Shown here: in pieces, positions 51,068-64,000 of the stretch
Numbering within the stretch: the first letter of the stretch is position 1
How the letters are laid out: every line of letters begins with the position of its first letter
Assembly: GCF_001194135.2 (NCBI RefSeq)
Contig: NC_068992.1
Location: 60,441,713-60,505,712, forward strand
DNA length: 64,000 nucleotides
Direction: 5' to 3'
From: Octopus bimaculoides
Taxonomy: Eukaryota
Position numbers and translations under genes: made by a program
The notes under the pieces: model-generated
The model's database searches: none
What the model saw: the letters and a program-made list of their open reading frames with translations, nothing else
Told to the model about the DNA's origin: nothing

Positions 51068-51558
51068 TTTCTAAGGATTTTGACAAAAATGTTGAAGAAA
51101 ATTTCAAAGGATTTTCACAATCATTTTTTAAAATTGTCAAAGGATTTTGACAAAATTTTGAAAAGCTTTTCAAGGGATTTTGACAAAAATGGTTAAAAAC
51201 TTTACAAGGGATTTTGACAAAATTTTCAAAAATTTTTCAAACGATTTTGAAAAACTTTTTATACGATTTTGCCAAAAATTTTGAATAGATTTTCATACGA
51301 TTTTATCAAAAACTTTGAAAAACATTTTAAAGGATTTTGACAAAAATTTTGAAAAACTTTTCAAGGAATTTTGACAAAAATTTTGAAAAAATTTCCAAAT
51401 AATTTTGACAAAGTTTTGAAAAACTTTTCAAAGGATTATGAAAACTTTTGAATAAATTTTCAAAGGATTTGACAAAAGTTTTGAAATACTTTACAAGGGA
51501 TTTTGACAAAAATTTTGAAATACTTTACAAGGATTACGAAAAAAAGTTTGAAAAACTT
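51068..51558. repeat. AT-rich minisatellite, ~33-bp unit with an ~11-bp sub-period, about 15 units
   Basis: Consensus ggattttgacaaaaattttgaaaaacttttcaa(a), repeated with divergence. Confidence 0.9.
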
Positions 51559-51633
51559 CATCCGAGAAACGAGCTGACGAGTTAAAGACGTGACCCCTAC
51601 TCTAGTAACCCCTAACATATCGCATTATACACA

Positions 51634-52282
51634 TACGAGGGTGGCCTGAAAACTTCATAGACTGACTATGAATTATCGATGCCGGGCAGTGAAATCTTGT
51701 ATACATTAATTTCAACTATTATTATTAATAACTGTGCTGTTCCTTTCCCCGTAAACTGGCTTCTTACAGTTCATAGGAAACTTCAGGCGTAATTATTTGC
51801 GATTTCTCTTGAAAATTGACAAAATTCGGCTTTCTTGGTATTATAATGTACCTTTAGAAAAAGAGATTAGCCCTGGTGGGCATTCATGCTGACATGTTTT
51901 ACTAAATTAGGCAATGAGGCTCCACACATCAATTAGCGAATACTATTAGCATATCCTATAAGAGAGATGAGAATATTCTGCACAATTAACTTCCCATGAC
52001 AAACGTTTCTGCTCGGTGGTTGCCACGTCTTCTGATATCTGATCAAAAGTGCACCAGCTTCATTACAACATGGAACAATCTGGCATTGTTTGAGGCAGGT
52101 CTCGTTTGTTTTCTGGATCGTTACCTTACCAGGATGCGTGGTGGGTCGATCAGTTTGAAACGGAGACAATACGATTACCCCTTCATTGGAAAAAAAACTC
52201 ATCGTCTTCTGCTCCAAAGTAGGCCAAGGTCGTTTCATCATAAGGGAAGGTGATGGCCTCAGTTTTTTGTGATGCAAAAGGC
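51634..52282 (+). pseudogene. second-family mariner transposon, 5' portion (SETMAR/Hsmar-like transposase), truncated
   Basis: The terminus is TA-cgagggtggcctgaaaac. It reads ILHN*LPMTNVSARWLPRLL.SDQK...NLALFEA...FLDRYLT, then KAKVVSS*GKVMASVF.DAKG, matching WVPRLL and the first catalytic Asp region. Confidence 0.9.
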
Positions 52283-52949
52283 AACAGTAACAAATATATA
52301 AAGGAAAAGAACTTCTAGAAACGCAGTGTAAGTTAACTGGATTCCATTTCGTTTTGCTATCCAATATTAGAAAGATTTGATCAATAACTCCATGTTTCTT
52401 GCACAATATATCAATTCTATTGGGTGTTTGTATTCTTTCGCTGGTGTTTTTCTCATGTAGGCTGCAGCTAAATTAGAATGCTTATACTTCTGTGCATTCT
52501 TTTCAAACATACAGTAGTATACTTTATCTTTTTCTTTTTTTCTTTTTTTTGAGCTCAAATCATCACAGTCCAATAAAATAAGATTTTGTAACGAGATGGT
52601 TGTTTAAATGCGCTGTATGATCAGGGGAAATTGATACTTGCATATAATTGTATCAGTTACAGAAATCGATTTAGTAATGGATTCTTATTTTGCCAAACTA
52701 TCATAAAAAAGGAAGGACACATTGGGCAATGATTATCTACATATACAAGAAAGATGGATGGGCACGACAGGCACGCCTTTTAAAATAGATGTGTTTTTTA
52801 AGTCACGGATAACCTGAACATAAAATCAACACCTACAACATCAGCTACAGCAATTAAACAAAACATGCATTCAGATACTAATGCTTTTTGCACAACTTGA
52901 TCGACGATGATAAACCAAATATTTTGCAGAGGAGGAGGAGGGGATCAGA

Positions 52950-53985
52950 AAGAAGAGGGGGAGAAGGGGAGGAGAAGGGGAGGAGAAGGGGAGGAGAAGG
53001 GGAGGAGAAGGGNNNNNNNNNNNNNNNNNNNNNNNNNNNNNNNNNNNNNNNNNNNNNNNNNNNNNNNNNNNNNNNNNNNNNNNNNNNNNNNNNNNNNNNN
53101 NNNNNNNNNNNNNNNNNNNNNNNNNNNNNNNNNNNNNNNNNNNNNNNNNNNNNNNNNNNNNNNNNNNNNNNNNNNNNNNNNNNNNNNNNNNNNNNNNNNN
53201 NNNNNNNNNNNNNNNNNNNNNNNNNNNNNNNNNNNNNNNNNNNNNNNNNNNNNNNNNNNNNNNNNNNNNNNNNNNNNNNNNNNNNNNNNNNNNNNNNNNN
53301 NNNNNNNNNNNNNNNNNNNNNNNNNNNNNNNNNNNNNNNNNNNNNNNNNNNNNNNNNNNNNNNNNNNNNNNNNNNNNNNNNNNNNNNNNNNNNNNNNNNN
53401 NNNNNNNNNNNNNNNNNNNNNNNNNNNNNNNNNNNNNNNNNNNNNNNNNNNNNNNNNNNNNNNNNNNNNNNNNNNNNNNNNNNNNNNNNNNNNNNNNNNN
53501 NNNNNNNNNNNNNNNNNNNNNNNNNNNNNNNNNNNNNNNNNNNNNNNNNNNNNNNNNNNNNNNNNNNNNNNNNNNNNNNNNNNNNNNNNNNNNNNNNNNN
53601 NNNNNNNNNNNNNNNNNNNNNNNNNNNNNNNNNNNNNNNNNNNNNNNNNNNNNNNNNNNNNNNNNNNNNNNNNNNNNNNNNNNNNNNNNNNNNNNNNNNN
53701 NNNNNNNNNNNNNNNNNNNNNNNNNNNNNNNNNNNNNNNNNNNNNNNNNNNNNNNNNNNNNNNNNNNNNNNNNNNNNNNNNNNNNNNNNNNNNNNNNNNN
53801 NNNNNNNNNNNNNNNNNNNNNNNNNNNNNNNNNNNNNNNNNNNNNNNNNNNNNNNNNNNNNNNNNNNNNNNNNNNNNNNNNNNNNNNNNNNNNNNNNNNN
53901 NNNNNNNNNNCAGAAGGGGGAGCAGAAGGGGGAGCAGAAGGGGGAGCAGAAGGGGGAGCAGGAGGGGGAGCAGAAAGAGGGGGAG
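52950..53985 (+). repeat. G-rich minisatellite (11-bp aggagaagggg before the gap, 12-bp cagaagggggag after it)
   Basis: Direct reading on both flanks of the 918-N gap. Confidence 0.85.
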
Positions 53986-55179
53986 AGAGAGGAGCGTGTC
54001 TTTCTGTCAATAGTTTATTGCTTGGATTTCATTTCTAAAGCATCATAGAAACACAAAAAAACGTTTCCCATTTTATTGTCATTAAGCACTACTTATGAAC
54101 AGTTTTCAGTATATATTGATTTCTCACATAGGCACAAGGTCATTAACTTTTGCTACAAGATGTAATCGATTAAATCGATCCTAGTAATTGACTGGTACTT
54201 TATGTTATTGGTAATGAAAGTTTGGAAGGTGAAATGTTATTCAACAACGAAACAAAACATAATGATATGTCGTAGAAAATAGTTTGAGATTTTAACATTT
54301 TATGCAATATGATTAAATTTTGAAACAATGANNNNNNNNNNGGACATATATATAAGTATAGATATGTATAAATATATATGTACACTTGTAAACTCTATCC
54401 GTAAACCTGTTTATCAGTTTGTGTTTGGAAACGAAAATAAAAAATTGCTCTTCCGTACAAAGAAGAGAAAAAGACTTCCCTTTATCGTAGGGAAAACATA
54501 GGGGAAACGTAGGGAAAAGATCTAGATAAAATTTTCTATTCTAAGGCGCCAGATTAGTTTACAAAGTCCAGTGATGTATTCGATTGTAATTCAACACTTT
54601 CCAATTAGGACACAGGTTTTATTAGTGCCACAATTGTAAATGCCGGTACATTGATACTATCATTTAAGAAGAGATTATCGTTAATATTATTGTTAATGTT
54701 AATAAGGTTACTAGAATTATGAGGAGATAAATTGTAACCATTTAGGATACGGCTGTTATGTGAAGATATAGTTTGTGAGACGTTGTTGGTGAGAAACCTA
54801 CTTTGATACGGTGCATGTTGAAAATCGAGTGGTACCTTGATCTAATAGGGAAGTTTCTTTCTATAGCTAGACGAATTAAGAAGGGAAAGGTTACTTTTTT
54901 TCTAGTGTACCGTATGGAATAATCAACTAAATATTTTTATTAGGGTTGTGTGATTGTATGCGAGATTTATTAGTGCCACAATTCCGAGTTCTTTTAAGGC
55001 ACTTAAAGAAGTTGAAGCACCCACGCAATAAGTGTGTGAATCTGAAATGGGAATATGTTGAATAAAATCATAATTAGCTGATCCTCCTGTGCTTCCTTAC
55101 ACCCAAAGCAAGGATCATTTCAACACCCTTCGTATATATTATATAAACGTACATATATATTATACGTTATATCTATGTG

Positions 55180-55226
<47 letters not shown>

Positions 55227-55418
55227 TTGTGTTTGAAGTCTTAAGCTGATGACATGTGTGTGAATACTTTTGAAGTAGACAGGTATAAATATCGCTCGCT
55301 ATTTTACTTGAAAGATCGTCCAATCTGAGAAATTTGAAGTTCATAATCCATCAATATGAAGTTTCAAATATAGGAAGAATACTTCAGGTATTGAGTCACT
55401 TTAATCTCATTTAGACTG

Positions 55419-55515
<97 letters not shown>

Positions 55516-57892
55516 AATGCTCAGCAAAGCATTTGAACAAACATATGCAAACGAGCGTATATGATCTATAATGTAGAAAATTATCGAAATCTATTGAATT
55601 TTTTTATGTAAGAATAATATATATGTATATATACACATGTACATACATGCATATACATTATATATACATGCAAAGACACGTAGACACACACGCACGCACA
55701 CACATATATATATACATACATATACATATATATTCATGTATTACTATGTATTTTTATTAAACTTGGAATATTTCAATATCACTTTATAGATTAAACTTTG
55801 AATTGCACGACCATAATAATATCTCGATTTCTACTTTATATTTCATACTTCGCAAAATTTCTTTTTGTCCCTTTAAGTTTCGATCCTCATAGAAAAATAT
55901 TACATCTCAAGTATATGCTGTGTGCCATACTTGAAACTTAGTGACAGTCTTACGATTATGTTACTCTTCATCCAGTAAACTTCTACATAGCGATCATGAT
56001 CAGCACTCAATTATTTTAATTAATGATATTTTTACTTGTGTATACAAAAGTTGCATTTGAATCTTTATTTCATTTTTTAAATTGTAGATTTTGTTGGTAT
56101 TTCTAGCGTCTTAGATAAATAAGTAGGGCTTCATATAAAGATATAGTTTATCTTTTGATGTCTTAAACTTTTTGAGTACCACATTCTAAAAGGTTGTTAA
56201 TGCCCGAAATGAAGAGTGGATAGACAACCGACAACTTATGAAGTGTCCTTTCTCTGTGTTTGCTTGTTCTGTTTTTACGTATTTCATGTTGTTGCACAGT
56301 TGGTGACATACATACAAACATACATACATACATACATACAAACATACATACATACATATATGCACACATACATATATCATGTTGCCGAATACACACACGT
56401 TGACATAGAGAATTATGCATCCTGCCGGATAATGAATACTATCCGCCATAATTTTTGCGTACTATTGCAAAAGAAATTAATGCTAAAAGATGTTATTTCC
56501 TTTGATGTAAATGCAAAGAAATAACCTTATTTTGAAAAAATTGTGGCTGCTACCAAACTGTAAAGTGCATACCACGTGGAAACTTACTACTTCATATATC
56601 ATGCCGACGAAAGAACTCGCAGCCAGCTACCGCAGATCACGGAACTATCGAGAGAAATTCTAATGGAATTGGAACTGAACCAAGACCTATACGAATTTAG
56701 TTCTACAAGAAGGATAAGGAATATTTTCGATACGATTCAGGAAGAGACTTAAAGAATATTTGGATAAGAAATACTCCTGATATATATTATATATATATAT
56801 TATATATATATATATATATATATTATATATTATATATTATTATATATTATATATTATATATTATATATTATATATATATATTTGTATCTATAGTTATGTA
56901 AATAATACATACACATGTATATTATGTATATTATATATCATGTAATTGTTATGAATGTATATTTATATATATATATGTATTCTTGTATATATGTATAAAA
57001 TATATAAATACACACACACACGCACGCACACACACACATACACATATATATATATGCATGCACATTCACACACGGACACTCATAATATATATATATATGC
57101 ACATGTTGTATGTATGCACGTGAATGCACGTGTATATGTATATGCTTCGTATATGCATGTACGTACGTAGATAAATAAGTTTGTTTACATTTACGGCAAA
57201 CGGCAGCACATTATCTCGGAGAAGACATATCAGAATTATGTCGAACAATTTTCAACAGAGTTTGATATGTTTACAACAGATACGATAGCTGTGTCAGATC
57301 GCCAGTTCTGAATGTCACGACTTGAGATACACAATGAATGAAGGTTTCAGGAAATATAATTTTAGTTGAAGATTTTTAAAAAAAATGCACATGTTGCTTT
57401 ATCTGCGTCTTTTGTTTTCTTTTAACGAAATAAAAATATTGTGGAATAGAAAGTAATAATATTATTTTGTGTGGAATCTTAGAAAATATTGATACAGAAT
57501 TTCATATTTATTTTTTGGAAGCACGTGAGAATATCGTGTTTCTACTTAGGTTATCGAAAGTTACTACGTTGGATTCTCATAATAATTATCCTGTAATTGT
57601 ATGGTTCAAAATTACATATTTATATCTACCACGAATTCGTGCAATATACGGATAATAACTTTCTCCATCAGGGAATGGGGATATATAGGGATTTGAGCAG
57701 AAAGGAATCATAATTAGCATTATCTGGATTTGAAGAATGTGCTCGACTTCAATTTCTCCCGTCTTTTATCAACCTTTGGTTCAATCTTTTCTGACAATAA
57801 CAAATAAGTTGTAGTATTATAGAGTGGATTTAATTAAATATATTATTAATTTCTGCCTCATTTATACTTGGCCCTATTCAAGAAATATTATG

Positions 57893-58163
57893 TTTTCTTG
57901 TTTCAGTCATTGCATTGTGGCCATGCTGGGGCACCGCCTTGAAGTGTTCAAGCGAGAAAAATCTCCCCATTACACATGTTTTAAGTCTAATATTTATTGT
58001 ATCGGTTACTTTTAACGAACTGCTAGATTACGAGCACATGAACTAACACCGTGCATCAAGCGGTGTTGGTATACATAACGGGCTTCTTTCAATTTCCGAC
58101 TACCATTTCCACTCACAAATCTTTGGTCGGCCCGAAGCTTTAGTAGAAGACACATGCTCAGGT
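57893..58163 (-). mobile_element. SINE family B, internally deleted
   Basis: cttgtttcagtcattg..tgtggccatgctggggcaccgcc...ctttggtcggcccgaagctttagtagaagacac. Confidence 0.8.
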
Positions 58164-58829
58164 TGACAATTATATTTCTATTTATAAATGTAGGCTAACA
58201 TTTAGGCATACAGTGTATATTGTGTGCTTTTGTCTCAATGTCTTTGTGTATTTGTATGAGTGGAACTATGTCTCAATTTTATATGGGAACAACTCAATAT
58301 TAGCCGATGTCAACAGGAGACATGTGAATTCTGAGAAGCACATAAATAAGGATTATCATCTTTTAAATGCATTCTGTATTTCAAAAGATCTTGTCATGAT
58401 TTCATCTTCAAACTCAACTTTCAATTAAGTTATTGCTAATGCTTATCCATCCTGATCTTAGAGATTGATCACCAATCGCTTTTCAACAGTGACCATCTTG
58501 TCTTCTGGGGAAATACTGAATACATTTTCCATATTTCTGTATTTAATTTGGCAGGCTTTGGCTTTATAGAGACTTGGCTGTTATTTAGAGGAGAATGAAT
58601 AACTTGCAATATAGTATCGTATTTGATGGTGTTAAAGACACACAGTCATAGTAAACGCATTCCATTTTCAGTAGCGCATATTCAGGTAAAGCATTTTTAT
58701 AATGTACTAAAGCACGGAATATTTAAAGCAATTTCGTACTACGTTACAAGACATAACAGAAGCGCCTTAACTATTTCGGGAAACATATATATGGTAGGCT
58801 ATTAATTCAGACGTGATCGTCTAGATTAC

Positions 58830-59005
58830 AATTCTTTCAAATTTTGGCACTAGGCTAGCATCGACTCAGTATTTCACTGGTACTTTATTATATCAACCTC
58901 GAAAGGATAAAATCAAAGTCGATCTCTACGTGATTTGAACTCAGATCATAGAGAGCCAGAAGTACGATTAAGCATTTTATTTGATGCATTAACGATTCGT
59001 CGCAC
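58830..59005 (-). mobile_element. SINE family A, diverged
   Basis: actggtactttattatatcaacctcgaaaggataaaatcaaagtcga...gatttgaactcaga. Confidence 0.7.
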
Positions 59006-59692
59006 GTAACTTATATATATGTGCATGTGTGGGAACAGGACGTCACGAAACATGTACAGCAAAACAGTACGAAGTACGAGACCATGGAACATGAACTATT
59101 CTTTCGAACAACGAAAGACAAAAATGGAAAACAAAACAAGCAATATAAAGAAAGACGTATCATCAGTTGTTGGCTGTTTGTCAAGTCGCGTATTTCGAGC
59201 ATATAACAACAATATACTCTTTTGATAAAACAGTTGCTCCCGCAAAGCAAATTAAATAAAATTTCGGATTTTGTGGAAGGTTAAAATTGGTAACACAAAC
59301 AGGAGATTGAAAAAAAACAGGACGGGCTGCTAAGCCTAAACGAAGTTGTGGTGGCGGACGCGTAAATCAAGCTAGGACAGGAGACAAACAAGAACACGTC
59401 TGAAGATCAGTGAAAAAGAGAATATCTAGGCTGAACTATTGAGAAATCTGCATTTTACACTTTCTAGACTATAAGTTCAGGTTTATAGCTGTAATTATTA
59501 GAGCACTGGGATATGTTGAAATTCCAATGAAGGCTCCTTGGTTCTAGATTAGAAACCGACTCTTTCTCTATTGGCAAGAAATCTTGAAATAAAACTGAAT
59601 AATGACATACATACACACATACATACACACCATACATACATACATATATAAATACATGCATGCATGCATGCATACATACATACATACATACA

Positions 59693-59724
<32 letters not shown>

Positions 59725-60217
59725 CCTCTCGCTTAGATATGTTTGTGTGTGTTTGTTTCTCAATAATATTTCGTGCCCTATCAACAGTTCTAACGACTAG
59801 AATAATCCACAATTACTTCAAACACTTACATTCATCCATTCACGTACAACTTTTACCTATGTTTCTATCAGAATGTTTTGAACCATTATTCCACTTCCAT
59901 CTTTGTATCGTTTCTTCAGATCTTCTATTCTCTTATGTATTCGTTTTTCCTTATTAATCACATTGTTTAATTGTTAGACTTATTTCTATTCTGTGTATTA
60001 CTCGTATCTGACTTGCTCTATCGCCAATGTTATAAATTAGAAACGAGACAAATTAGTAAGGTGTTTGTCTTCAGTGTCACAACCTAACATTTACAAAACA
60101 CCGATGTAACGAATCTTCATAGAAAGTCAATTAATTAGAAGCACCGAAGTAAAGTAATTGACGGTACCAATTAGTTCCAAGCGCCTCTTCATTTTCCTTT
60201 GACCTTCAAATATATAA

Positions 60218-60259
<42 letters not shown>

Positions 60260-61132
60260 ATATATATATATATATATATATAAGAATAGCGTTGCTGTGT
60301 CATAAAGAACTGCGGCTTCGTAGAGAGATGTTCCTGCGTTCGAGCTAATTACACAGTACAATGAGAAAAAATAGTCTACCTTAGCTTTATAGAGTCGAAA
60401 GATCTTGTGGGCAAATTTTGATACATGGAAACTGTGCTCCTGTGTTCTACCTTTCTACAAGCTATCTTTTATATTTCATATTTTTTCAAGGCACTGAGCT
60501 GGCTGAAACGTTAGCGCGCCGGGCGAAATGCTTAGCGGTATTTCGTCTGTCTATACGTTTAACGGCGGTGCATCAGCATGGTCGCGACTCTGAGTTGAAA
60601 CTACAGAAAAAAATGTCTTTGGACTGCTTTAAAATGCTTTAGACGAATGAATCGACCTTAGTACTTATTTTTGAAATACCGAACCCCTATATTAATAGGG
60701 ACGTAAATAAACCAACACCAATTCCCAAGAAGTGGTGAGCAAAAATACCTACAGGAACAGGCGCACACATAAACACAATGAAGGTTATTTAAATATTTAA
60801 TCAGCTACACATGTCTCACATAGAATGGTATAACCAAAATAATGTATGTTGCATATGTATGTACAATTGCTCACATAAATGATTGACTGAAATATTACAC
60901 AATTACACAGTGTGAGCAATTAAGTCTCATTCCATTCTAACTGAATCTGTAGTGCCAAAGCAGAGGTTAGTAAATATTCTGCTTGAAGTACTGAATTTAT
61001 TTAGCGTCTATACTTCGGATGTACAAAATTGACATGCCACAGGATGTGAAATAGCACTTTACGTGAAATACTGTGGCCTTAACTCGACAGTTTATTGACC
61101 TGGGTTCAGTGTCTACTATTGATTTAAACAAT

Positions 61133-61163
<31 letters not shown>

Positions 61164-62135
61164 NNNNNNNNNNNNNNNNNNNNNNNNNNNNNNNNNNNNN
61201 NNNNNNNNNNNNNNNNNNNNNNNNNNNNNNNNNNNNNNNNNNNNNNNNNNNNNNNNNNNNNNNNNNNNNNNNNNNNNNNNNNNNNNNNNNNNNNNNNNNN
61301 NNNNNNNNNNNNNNNNNNNNNNNNNNNNNNNNNNNNNNNNNNNNNNNNNNNNNNNNNNNNNNNNNNNNNNNNNNNNNNNNNNNNNNNNNNNNNNNNNNNN
61401 NNNNNNNNNNNNNNNNNNNNNNNNNNNNNNNNNNNNNNNNNNNNNNNNNNNNNNNNNNNNNNNNNNNNNNNNNNNNNNNNNNNNNNNNNNNNNNNNNNNN
61501 NNNNNNNNNNNNNNNNNNNNNNNNNNNNNNNNNNNNNNNNNNNNNNNNNNNNNNNNNNNNNNNNNNNNNNNNNNNNNNNNNNNNNNNNNNNNNNNNNNNN
61601 NNNNNNNNNNNNNNNNNNNNNNNNNNNNNNNNNNNNNNNNNNNNNNNNNNNNNNNNNNNNNNNNNNNNNNNNNNNNNNNNNNNNNNNNNNNNNNNNNNNN
61701 NNNNNNNNNNNNNNNNNNNNNNNNNNNNNNNNNNNNNNNNNNNNNNNNNNNNNNNNNNNNNNNNNNNNNNNNNNNNNNNNNNNNNNNNNNNNNNNNNNNN
61801 NNNNNNNNNNNNNNNNNNNNNNNNNNNNNNNNNNNNNNNNNNNNNNNNNNNNNNNNNNNNNNNNNNNNNNNNNNNNNNNNNNNNNNNNNNNNNNNNNNNN
61901 NNNNNNNNNNNNNNNNNNNNNNNNNNNNNNNNNNNNNNNNNNNNNNNNNNNNNNNNNNNNNNNNNNNNNNNNNNNNNNNNNNNNNNNNNNNNNNNNNNNN
62001 NNNNNNNNNNNNNNNNNNNNNNNNNNNNNNNNNNNNNNNNNNNNNNNNNNNNNNNNNNNNNNNNNNNNNNNNNNNNNNNNNNNNNNNNNNNNNNNNNNNN
62101 NNNNNNNNNNNNNNNNNNNNNNNNNNNNNNATATT

Positions 62136-62170
<35 letters not shown>

Positions 62171-62175
<5 letters not shown>

Positions 62176-62382
62176 TGTTTGTCCCCCCCACCATCGCTTG
62201 ACAACCGATGCTGATGTGTTTACATCCCCGTAACCTAGCGGTTCGGTAAAAAGAGCCCGATAGAATAGGTACTATGCTTACAAAGAATAAGTACTGGGAT
62301 CGATTTTCTCGACTAAAGGCGGTGCTCCAGCATGGCCGCAGTCAAATGACTGAAACAAGTAAAAGAGTAAAAGAGTGAAGAG
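62171..62382 (+). mobile_element. SINE family B 3' half (5' half probably in the gap)
   Basis: gtccccccccaccatcgcttgacaaccgatgctg...ggcggtgctccagcatggccgcagtcaaatgactgaaacaagtaaaagag. Confidence 0.9.
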
Positions 62383-62859
62383 TACAGAATTGACCTAAGT
62401 AGTACATAATCTAGAATTTTCATCTTCATATATATTTCCTTTTCCTAGTCAAAACAATTTATAAGTTGCTTTTCGGTTTTTTTTCCAAAACTAGGGAGAA
62501 TCTTAACATCAATTTATAACCTGAACATAATACTTACGGTCGTTATAAAATTTGATATACTTTTGCATATCATTTTTACAGATAATCTTTTCATTGTGTT
62601 ATTTTAAAAACTAAACCGATTTATCCACATATTTTTCTTGGTAAACTAGAAACAAAATAAAATAATATAAAATACAACATACAGAATATATCTGATTAAC
62701 TAACAGCCCTCCTCGCAATAAAAATTTTCCTTCGCCGATAACGCTGTATACAAACTAGTAATGTGAATTAAATTAACAAGACTATTCCTAAAGCAGACGA
62801 CTTAAGAAACCTTTCAATCGGCAGCGCATATAAGAATTCTCAAGATCTAAACGTTATAC

Positions 62860-62895
<36 letters not shown>

Positions 62896-63694
62896 AACGT
62901 ATGTCTGTGTGTATGTACGTTCGTATGTATGCATGTATGTATGTATTTATTAGTGTAATCGTTTGTAAAGAAACATTTCAAATTGCCAAGTAGGTTGCGA
63001 AAAACTGAGATCACTTCAATGGAAGTAAATGAGATTGGATTGATGAGTGTCATTCAGCCTTATTAAACTGATAATATTGTTATTATGGATGATCTAATTA
63101 ATTTATATCTGCTTCCCCTACATTCTCTGCCATATTGTGAAGCTAAAAGTTCATCCATTCTCAAATCACCAGAGACTGTTCATTTCTACATGTAATGTTT
63201 AGGAGAGTTTCTTTGTGTTGTCGCCATTATTTATCTTTATTTAGCCTATAATCATTGCGCCCCTACATAGAACAGCTCGTCGTATNNNNNNNNNNNNNNN
63301 NNNNNNNNNNNNNNNNNNNNNNNNNNNNNNNNNNNNNNNNNNNNNNNNNNNNNNNNNNNNNNNNNNNNNNNNNNNNNNNNNNNNNNNNNNNNNNNNNNNN
63401 NNNNNNNNNNNNNNNNNNNNNNNNNNNNNNNNNNNNNNNNNNNNNNNNNNNNNNNNNNNNNNNNNNNNNNNNNNNNNNNNNNNNNNNNNNNNNNNNNNNN
63501 NNNNNNNNNNNNNNNNNNNNNNNNNNNNNNNNNNNNNNNNNNNNNNNNNNNNNNNNNNNNNNNNNNNNNNNNNNNNNNNNNNNNNNNNNNNNNNNNNNNN
63601 NNNNNNNNNNNNNNNNNNNNNNNNNNNNNNNNNNNNNNNNNNNNNNNNNNNNNNNNNNNNNNNNNNNNNNNNNNNNNNNNNNNNNNNNNNNNNN

Positions 63695-63770
<76 letters not shown>

Positions 63771-64000
63771 GAGAGAGAGAAAAAGGGAGAGAGATAATAA
63801 GAAAGAGTGTAGGCCACTGGTGATCCAAACTGATAGGTGTGTAGTGTAAGTGCTGCAATTGATAAGCCACTGGGATCCAATTTCCCAGCGGTGGCCGGAG
63901 CTGGGATCCGTAGTATACTTCCGAGTCAGTGGGTATAGATTAAAGGAAGAGAAAACCAAAACCAAGACATCAAGTCATTTAGATTATTTTAATCATGATA

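Noticed and set aside
51068-51558. CRISPR-like array
   Set aside because: Degenerate contiguous units with no unique spacers, in a eukaryotic context with no cas genes.
58300-58620. Protein-like 36-codon stretch on the minus strand (YKAKACQIKYRNMENVFSISPEDKMVTVEKRLVINL)
   Set aside because: Too short, flanked by stops and unassignable.
59160-59235. 8-bp stem followed by GAAA on the minus strand, plus a nearby ctgatga
   Set aside because: There is no CUGAnGA adjacent to the stem and the elements are in the wrong order or unpaired. At most it is a decayed PLE-type end.
1112-63965. Long ORFs in the supplied track that span N-runs or consist of [16 protein letters not shown]/poly-K/poly-I runs
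   Set aside because: These are artefacts of assembly gaps and microsatellites lacking stop codons, with no coding signal.

Overview
This is AT-rich, microsatellite-saturated animal genomic DNA with about 22 N-gaps (~9 kb, ~14%), most of them flanked by (AT)n, (GT)n or (AG)n runs. The SINE families and repeat style look like an octopus (coleoid cephalopod) draft assembly; that is an inference from recalled repeat families, not a search result. No intact host gene, tRNA, rRNA or CRISPR array can be supported, and nearly all listed ORFs are microsatellite or N-gap artefacts. The window is a transposon graveyard: one Tc1 and three mariner transposase pseudogenes, remnants of HERO/R4-type, CR1/L2-type and RTE-type LINEs, a Gypsy 3' end joined to an ORF1-like fragment, and many tRNA-derived SINE copies from at least four families. 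The most notable unannotated signal is a set of hammerhead-ribozyme (HHR) motifs in short non-coding repeats of the Penelope-like/retrozyme kind. One is a nearly canonical type I HHR (25442-25515, minus). Others include a minimal ACGU-palindrome variant (3471-3507) and HHR-like cores in two inverted-repeat structures (12252-14078 and 19147-19305). All folds were worked out by hand and are untested.
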